Part shown: positions 58,199 to 64,000 of the stretch, one piece after another
Numbering within the stretch: position 1 is the stretch's first letter
Layout: every line of letters starts with the position of its first letter
NCBI RefSeq assembly: GCF_044647545.1
Contig: NZ_CP172818.1
Reading direction: 5' to 3' (one strand)
From: Escherichia coli
Lineage (GTDB): Bacteria > Pseudomonadota > Gammaproteobacteria > Enterobacterales > Enterobacteriaceae
Length of the DNA stretch: 64,000 bases
Program-made: the position numbers and the translations under genes
Notes under the pieces: generated by a model
What the model was told of the DNA's origin: nothing
What the model saw: only the letters and a program-made list of their open reading frames with translations
Databases searched by the model: none

Positions 58199-58432
58199 AT
58201 GAAATCAAAAGACACCCTAAAGTGGTTCCCTGCGCAGCTTCCTGAAGTAAGAATTATCCTAGGGGATGCTGTAGTGGAAGTAGCAAAACAGGGAAGACCT
58301 ATCAATACCAGAACATTGCTTGATTACATTGAAGGAAACATAAAGAAAAAATCATGGCTGGATAACAAAGAATTATTACAAACAGCGATATCAGTTCTTA
58401 AAGACAACCAAAATTTAAATGGTAAAATGTAA
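58199..58432 (+). CDS. ydfK: Qin prophage protein YdfK, 77 aa
   Basis: Trimmed to MKSKDTLKWFPAQLPEVRIILGDAVVEVAKQGRPINTRTLLDYIEGNIKKK... start. Confidence 0.75.
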   Translation: MKSKDTLKWFPAQLPEVRIILGDAVVEVAKQGRPINTRTLLDYIEGNIKKKSWLDNKELLQTAISVLKDNQNLNGKM

Positions 58433-58748
58433 TATAATAAACTTACTTTTTTATCATTTTTCCACTTTAACAACATTTTGCTCCACTTTTCCACGACCAA
58501 ACAACTTGAAATCTGGTTAAAATAACACGCAACACTATTCTTCTTCCTTGAGTCCGCCCGGAACTCGAAAAACAAACCGAGTTAAAGCCTTTTTTCACAA
58601 AATCGATTTTGGGTCTCACCAAAATTACGGGGTTGCATACGCATTCGTTTATTTTCGAACGTGTACATACAAATATGCACAAAAATAATCATAATTATTT
58701 TCTGAGATGCATTATGATATGAACACCAATTTCGTATAGAGTCTCACT

Positions 58749-59339
58749 ATGTCTCGAATTTTTGCTTACTGTCGGATATCAACGCTGGATCAGACCACCG
58801 AAAATCAACGCCGGGAAATCGAAAGTGCAGGTTTTAAAATCAAACCTCAGCAAATAATCGAAGAACACATTAGCGGCTCAGCAGCAACCAGTGAGCGTCC
58901 TGGTTTTAACCGGTTGCTTGCTCGCCTGAAATGTGGTGATCAATTGATTGTGACAAAACTGGATCGCCTTGGTTGTAATGCAATGGATATCAGGAAAACA
59001 GTGGAACAACTGACCGAAACAGGTATCAGAGTGCATTGCTTAGCATTGGGTGGCATTGACCTGACCAGTCCAACAGGAAAAATGATGATGCAAGTAATTT
59101 CAGCAGTCGCTGAATTTGAACGAGACCTTTTACTTGAACGCACTCATTCCGGGATAGTAAGAGCCCGCGGCGCAGGGAAACGTTTTGGTCGACCACCTGT
59201 GTTAAATGAAGAACAGAAACAGGTGGTATTCGAACGAATTAAGTCAGGTGTAAGTATAAGTGCCATTGCCCGGGAATTCAAAACCTCGCGGCAAACCATT
59301 TTAAGAGCCAAAGCAAAACTTCAGACACCTGACATATAA
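58749..59339 (+). CDS. pinQ: serine DNA invertase PinQ (Hin/Gin/Pin family), 196 aa
   Basis: Resolvase/invertase N-terminal catalytic domain (YCRISTLDQ with catalytic Ser) and C-terminal HTH. Confidence 0.9.
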
Positions 59340-59436
59340 AAAATAATCTCGGTGTGAGATGCTTTACGTCTTCCAAGCCCCCTTCCTTGCCGTAAATGGA
59401 AAGATACATCTAATTATAGAATTTATATGTTTTACC

Positions 59437-60011
59437 CTACGGCAGTGCTGGCCATTCAATATCCTGTGCAGTTGACGTATCAACACGGTTCAGCAATACC
59501 CGATACTTTTTCCATGCTTCCAGCAACGGGGTTTCTTCCTCCGTTGCAATTTCCAGATCTGCAGCATCCTGAAGCGGCGCAATATGCTCACTGGCTACCT
59601 GCATCAGGTTGTTTTTTTTTCTTCCGCTTCCCGTATCCGAAACAGTTTTTCTGCTTCCTCATCATTCACCCAGGATACGCCGTCCCACTTCTGATACTCC
59701 CCTGCTGGCGACAACCAGGTGACATTCTCTGGTAGCGGTCCGAGTTCAGAAATAAACAATGCGTCCCCCGACGCCACGTCATAGACCGTTTTACCACGAT
59801 GGTCTTCAACAATATTCCACGATTCATTTTCACTGTTAAAAACTGCCACAAAGCCAGCAGGAATTTCCGGTGGGGCGATATCTGTAGAATTAGCTGGCAG
59901 CCCTGTATGAGGTGGAATATATGCGTCACCTTCACCAATAAACTCATTAGTTCCGGCCAGCAGGTTATAAATTTTTACGGTACGTGATTGTTCACTCATT
60001 CTGAATGCCAT
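59437..60011 (-). pseudogene. tfaQ: tail-fibre assembly protein TfaQ, disrupted by a -1 frameshift in an A9 homopolymer
   Basis: ORF 59604-60011 (135 aa) ends ...EEKKTT stop inside a run of nine A (coding strand; T-run at 59612-59620). Shifting frame by one A continues as [58 protein letters not shown] to a stop at 59437-59439, giving the expected 191-aa protein. Confidence 0.8.
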
Positions 60012-60934
60012 TATGCAAGCCTCACAATATAATTAAATGCGATGTTTTTAACGGTGTTTTCCGCGTTACCAGCAGCGTTAACGGTGATGGTGTGTCCATG
60101 TGAACCAATCTTAACAGAGTGCGTATGAGCGCCAATACCAACAGTGTGTGCATGTGCCCCAGCACTTGTAGCGGTACCTGATACTGAGTGGGTATGTGCG
60201 CCAGAAGAAGGCACAGTTCCATTCCCCACCACCGTGCCACTTGATGAACCATCCAGCCAGTCGAAATTCATACCGCCACTGTTTGGTCTCCTTAATGGAA
60301 CGGTATGAGTATGTGCGCCAGCACTATTTGCAGTACCAGATACATTGTGGGTATGTGCACCTGTGTTATTCGTTGATTTAGTACCGTAATCAAACGACGA
60401 TGTGGTTTTCGTACCCAAATCCGTACTGGATGCGCTGGCACTGTGGGTGTGCGATTTAATGCCATCCTGTTCCTGAGACAATACGGCCCGACCACTGGCG
60501 GGTTTGCCCTTGATTGTCCAGCCGCGCATATCTGGAATAACACCAGAAGGATAGGCAATAGCCAGTTTCGGATATGCTGCCTTATCAAACGTCTGCCCCT
60601 GCATGATTGCATAACCTGCAGGTGGCGTATCTGATGGCCACGGGATTGGTGCACCGACTGGATAAAACTCTGCAGGAGGATGAGCCGAGGTGTAAAGCTG
60701 CGCCCACGGCGACCAGTTTGCGTCGGTCGTATCCCGTCGTGAACGAATAAATGCCGGAGCATGAGCACCGCTTGTACCACTCCAGCCGATGAGTAACTCA
60801 CCTTCGCCAACGGCTGTCATCCCTTTCAGGTGAATGATATTTCCATACGCTGTTGGATATCCGTTGTTATACACCTCGTATAACTCAAGACCTGCTGCCC
60901 CCTGCGTATTGTCTGTCAGCGCGGTTATATTCAC
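60011..60934 (-). CDS. stfQ: side tail fibre protein remnant StfQ (YdfN), 307 aa
   Basis: Repeated GAHTH(S/T)V motifs typical of phage side-tail-fibre C-terminal regions; stop overlaps tfaQ start by 1 nt. Confidence 0.75.
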   Translation of the reverse strand: MNITALTDNTQGAAGLELYEVYNNGYPTAYGNIIHLKGMTAVGEGELLIGWSGTSGAHAPAFIRSRRDTTDANWSPWAQLYTSAHPPAEFYPVGAPIPWPSDTPPAGYAIMQGQTFDKAAYPKLAIAYPSGVIPDMRGWTIKGKPASGRAVLSQEQDGIKSHTHSASASSTDLGTKTTSSFDYGTKSTNNTGAHTHNVSGTANSAGAHTHTVPLRRPNSGGMNFDWLDGSSSGTVVGNGTVPSSGAHTHSVSGTATSAGAHAHTVGIGAHTHSVKIGSHGHTITVNAAGNAENTVKNIAFNYIVRLA

Positions 60935-61454
60935 TCAGCAACCCCGGTATCAGTTCATCCAGCGCGGCTGCTTTGTTCATGGCTTTGATAATATCCCGTT
61001 TCAGGAAATCAACATGTCGGTTTTCCAGTTCCGGAAAACGCCGCTGCACCGACAGGGGGAGCCCGTCGAGAATACTGGCAATTTCACCTGCGATCCGCGA
61101 CAACACGAAAGTACAGAATGCGGTTTCCACCACTTCAGCGGAGTCTCTGGCATTCTTCAGTTCCTGTGCGTCGGCCTGCGCACGCGTAAGTCGATGGCGT
61201 TCGTACTCAATAGTTCCTGGCTGGAGATCTGCCTCGCTGGCCTGCCGCAGTTCTTCAACCTCCCGGCGCAGCTTTTCGTTCTCAATTTCAGCATCCCTTT
61301 CGGCATACCATTTTATGACGGCGGCAGAGTCATAAAGCACCTCATTACCCTTGCCACCGCCTCGCAGAACGGGCATTCCCTGTTCCTGCCAGTTCTGAAT
61401 GGTACGGATACTCGCACCGAAAATGTCAGCCAGCTGCTTTTTGTTGACTTCCAT
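60885..61454 (-). CDS. nohQ: phage terminase small subunit (Nu1-like) remnant NohQ, 189 aa
   Basis: N-terminus [29 protein letters not shown] is a Nu1-type HTH; 3-prime end overlaps stfQ by 50 nt in a different frame, consistent with a deletion-fusion junction. Confidence 0.7.
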   Translation of the reverse strand: MEVNKKQLADIFGASIRTIQNWQEQGMPVLRGGGKGNEVLYDSAAVIKWYAERDAEIENEKLRREVEELRQASEADLQPGTIEYERHRLTRAQADAQELKNARDSAEVVETAFCTFVLSRIAGEIASILDGLPLSVQRRFPELENRHVDFLKRDIIKAMNKAAALDELIPGLLSEYNRADRQYAGGSRS

Positions 61455-61841
61455 TGTTCATTCCACGGACAAAAACAGAGAAAGGAAACGACAGAGGCCA
61501 AAAAGCTCGCTTTCAGCACCTGTCGTTTCCTTTCTTTCAGAGGGTATTTTAAATAAAAACATTAAGTTATGACGAAGAAGAACGGAAACGCCTTAAACCG
61601 GAAATTTTTCATAAATAGCGAAAACCCGCGAGGTCGCCGCCCCGTAACCTGTCGGATCGCCGGAAAGGACCCGCAAAATGATAATAATTATCATCTGCAT
61701 GTCACAACGTGCATCTACGCCATCAAACCACGTCAAATAATCAATTATGACGCAGGTATCATATTAATTGATCTGCATCAACTTAACGTAAAAACAACTT
61801 CAGACAATACAAATCAGCGACACTAAATACGGGACAACCTC

Positions 61842-62075
61842 ATGTCAACGAAGAACAGAACCCGCAGAACAACAATCCGCAACATCCGCTTTCCTAACCA
61901 AATGATTGAACAAATTAACATCGCTCTTGATCAAAAAGGGTCCGGGAATTTCTCAGCCTGGGTCATTGAAGCCTGCCGCCGGAGACTGTGCTCAGAAAAA
62001 AGAGTTTCTCCTGAAGCAAACAAAGAAAAGAGTGACATTACTGAATTGCTCAGAAAACAGATCAGACCAGATTGA
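61842..62075 (+). CDS. ynfO: Qin prophage protein YnfO, 77 aa
   Basis: 77-aa basic ORF (ribbon-helix-helix-like N-terminus); synteny. Confidence 0.65.
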   Translation: MSTKNRTRRTTIRNIRFPNQMIEQINIALDQKGSGNFSAWVIEACRRRLCSEKRVSPEANKEKSDITELLRKQIRPD

Positions 62076-62116
62076 AGCAATTTAGATAATCGTGCAGACT
62101 ACGCCCCTCATATCAC

Positions 62117-62542
62117 ATGGAAGGTACCACAATGGCTCAGGTTGCCATTTTTAAACAAATATTCGATAAAGTGCGAAATAATTTAAACTATCACTGGTTT
62201 TATTCTGAACTAAAACGTCACAATGTCTCACATTACATTTACTATTTAGCTACAGAGAATATTCATCTTGTTCTTGAAAACGATAATACGGTTTTAATAA
62301 AAGGACAGGGTAAGGTTGTAAATGTAAGATTTTCAAAAAATAAATGCCTTATAGAAGCCACCTTAAAAGGATTCAAATCAGGAGAGTTATCATTTTACGA
62401 ATACAGGAAAAATCTTGCTACAGCAGGGGTTTTCAGATGGATTACAAATATCCACGAAAACAAAAGGTATTACTATACCTTTGATAATTCATTACTCTTT
62501 ACTGAGAACATTCAGAACACTACACAAATATTTCCGCACTAA
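62117..62542 (+). CDS. ydfO: Qin prophage protein YdfO (DUF1398), start uncertain (62117 or 62132)
   Basis: 141-aa ORF; alternative start [11 protein letters not shown]; synteny. Confidence 0.65.
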   Translation: MEGTTMAQVAIFKQIFDKVRNNLNYHWFYSELKRHNVSHYIYYLATENIHLVLENDNTVLIKGQGKVVNVRFSKNKCLIEATLKGFKSGELSFYEYRKNLATAGVFRWITNIHENKRYYYTFDNSLLFTENIQNTTQIFPH

Positions 62543-62731
62543 ATCATAACGTCCGGTTTCTCTCACTCCTGAGCCGGACTGCATTGGTTTAATAAAAACC
62601 ATCGACAATCGAGATTTATATCTATTCGGTAATGTTTAAATATAACAAAACCCCGTAAAAACGAGGTTTATGGGTAATTTGTATTGTTGAATAGCATCTG
62701 ATGAGAAATTGATGCTAATACTATAAACATG

Positions 62732-62905
62732 CTAGATTAAATCAATCTTGATATCATAGCTTTCAAGACCAGTCATTTTTTCCCGTGCAGTAAACTGGAT
62801 ACTGGTAACTTCTTTCCCGGTCTTTTTCTTAAGCTCAATGATTTTTTTTGTTATATATTCAGAAATATCTGCTTCTGTTTTTGTTTTTAACTCTTCAATG
62901 TTCAT
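62732..62905 (-). CDS. gnsB: GnsB, 57 aa (overexpression suppressor of secG/fabA mutations)
   Basis: Trimmed to MNIEELKTKTEADISEYITKKIIELKKKTGKEVTSIQFTAREKMTGLESYDIKIDLI. Confidence 0.8.
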   Translation of the reverse strand: MNIEELKTKTEADISEYITKKIIELKKKTGKEVTSIQFTAREKMTGLESYDIKIDLI

Positions 62906-63077
62906 CATTTCCTCTTTTAGTCTGTTATGACTGTCCTGGTACACAGTAGTGTCAATTATATGGAGCAAACGTATAAAAGATAAGATGAAACATCGCAATA
63001 ATCAACATACGACGGTCTAAATTTCACACAAACAGATAAAGATGATTATCATTTATTATCAATGCATTAGAATCAAA

Positions 63078-63347
63078 TCAATTCAAGAGTCTCATTGCTG
63101 CTTCCAGAATTTCTTCTGAAGTTACATGTCGATCCGCTGCTACATAAATGACTTTATGATCTCCGGTCAGAGATGGAAACCCTGCAGCCATTACAGTGAG
63201 GTGTGTTGTTTCGCCATTTGGATATTCACGCATGATGGTGTTAACTCCGGTCATCACTGGCACTACCATTGCTGGTTCAGAGTTAAAAAAAACTATTATT
63301 TTTTTCATAATGTTACCGTAATATGTGAGTATCCATCGACTAGACAC
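63078..63347 (-). CDS. ynfN: Qin prophage small protein YnfN; true start probably internal (about 51 aa, MREYPNGETTHL...)
   Basis: ORF track 89 aa; located immediately downstream of cspI as in K-12; start not resolvable from sequence alone. Confidence 0.55.
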   Translation of the reverse strand: MSSRWILTYYGNIMKKIIVFFNSEPAMVVPVMTGVNTIMREYPNGETTHLTVMAAGFPSLTGDHKVIYVAADRHVTSEEILEAAMRLLN

Positions 63348-63579
63348 TAAGCAAAAAAGCTCCCGAAGGAGCCTTCATTTTCACTTTCTTAAATCTAACG
63401 ACAGATGGCTAACATTTAAGTATTGTGAAATATTATCAAATGTAATCATCATTGATTTACAAAAGATACATTTTGCCCCGAAAGGATTTCTGTCAGAAAC
63501 ATCAAAAGATGATGTTCTATACTGAGAACCATGGCAACACGGGCATCTAAAGTGAATATGGTTTGTAATATTTTCTACC

Positions 63580-63792
63580 TCAAAGTGCCACTACATGAAC
63601 AGCTGCAGGGCCTTTAGGTCCGTTCTCAATACCAAATTCGACTTCCTGATTCTCAGTTAACGTTTTGAAATCGTTGCTCTGAATAGCTGAGAAATGCACA
63701 AACACATCTTTGCTACCATCTTTCGGCGTGATGAAACCAAAACCTTTTTCAGGGTTAAACCATTTCACTAAACCAGTCATTTTGTTAGACAT
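63580..63792 (-). CDS. cspI: cold-shock protein CspI, 70 aa
   Basis: [38 protein letters not shown]... with RNP1 motif KGFGFI and RNP2-like VFVHF; long AT-rich 5-prime leader upstream (63793-64000) as typical for csp genes. Confidence 0.9.
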   Translation of the reverse strand: MSNKMTGLVKWFNPEKGFGFITPKDGSKDVFVHFSAIQSNDFKTLTENQEVEFGIENGPKGPAAVHVVAL

Positions 63793-64000
63793 CATTATTA
63801 CCTTTTGAAGAAGTTAGCCCTTGGGCAGAATGGTCCGAAAAAAAAATATCAGAGAGAAAAACCAACAAGGAAATCTCAAGAGGTACAAATAATAAAATTA
63901 TAACAATGACTGCTTCAGATAATTTTGTAACAAACCAGAACACCATTAACGCATGATTAACCAACCATAGCAAGGATTACTTTTGTAAAGAAAAACACAC

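Larger units (their letters stand above)
57413..64000. mobile_element. one end of Qin-type cryptic lambdoid prophage (continues beyond window end)
   Basis: Cluster of prophage genes (DNA invertase, tail-fibre assembly and side-tail-fibre remnants, Nu1-like terminase small subunit remnant, gnsB, cspI) with AT-rich composition beginning at the truncated ydfJ. Confidence 0.8.

Noticed and set aside
59427-59735. Plus-strand 102-aa ORF downstream of pinQ
   Set aside because: Lies antisense to the tfaQ C-terminal coding region that is recovered by frameshift correction.

Overview
This window reads as Escherichia coli K-12-type chromosome (roughly the dos-gad to Qin-prophage interval), and almost every long ORF matches a characterised K-12 gene in the expected order and orientation. 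I do not see evidence for a new biological system; the only sequence the known genes do not explain is low-complexity and looks artefactual or engineered. All gene identifications are from recall of protein sequences and motifs, not from a database search.

Gene content, left to right:
- dosP (5-prime end) and dosC, then yddW and gadC-gadB with the GAD box.
- ydeO-safA-ydeP acid-resistance module.
- Decayed ydeQRST fimbrial cluster with a truncated usher, and the yneL AraC-family fragment.
- hipBA toxin-antitoxin pair.
- Frameshifted AIDA-like autotransporter pseudogene (yneO/ydeK).
- Complete AI-2 lsr locus (lsrK, lsrR, lsrACDBFG), then tam, yneE, uxaB, dgcF, yneG, glsB, sad, yneJ, yneK, ydeA.
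- marC and marRAB with marO, then eamA, ydeE, mgtS, dgcZ, ydeI, dcp, ydfG, rspR/ydfH, ydfZ, ydfI.
- ydfJ truncated at the boundary of the Qin cryptic prophage, followed by ydfK, pinQ, tfaQ, stfQ, nohQ, ynfO, ydfO, gnsB, ynfN, cspI.

Three things the gene map does not explain:
1. A roughly 2.2 kb non-coding block (6984-9203) sits where K-12 carries pqqL-yddB-yddA-ydeM-ydeN (about 10 kb). It contains two G homopolymers of about 48 and 113 nt and a 1.7 kb cytosine-depleted stretch.
2. An A/C-rich block with long poly-A runs lies between dgcF and yneG (about 37130-37560).
3. tfaQ is split by a -1 frameshift in an A9 run.

No tRNA, rRNA or CRISPR array was recognised.
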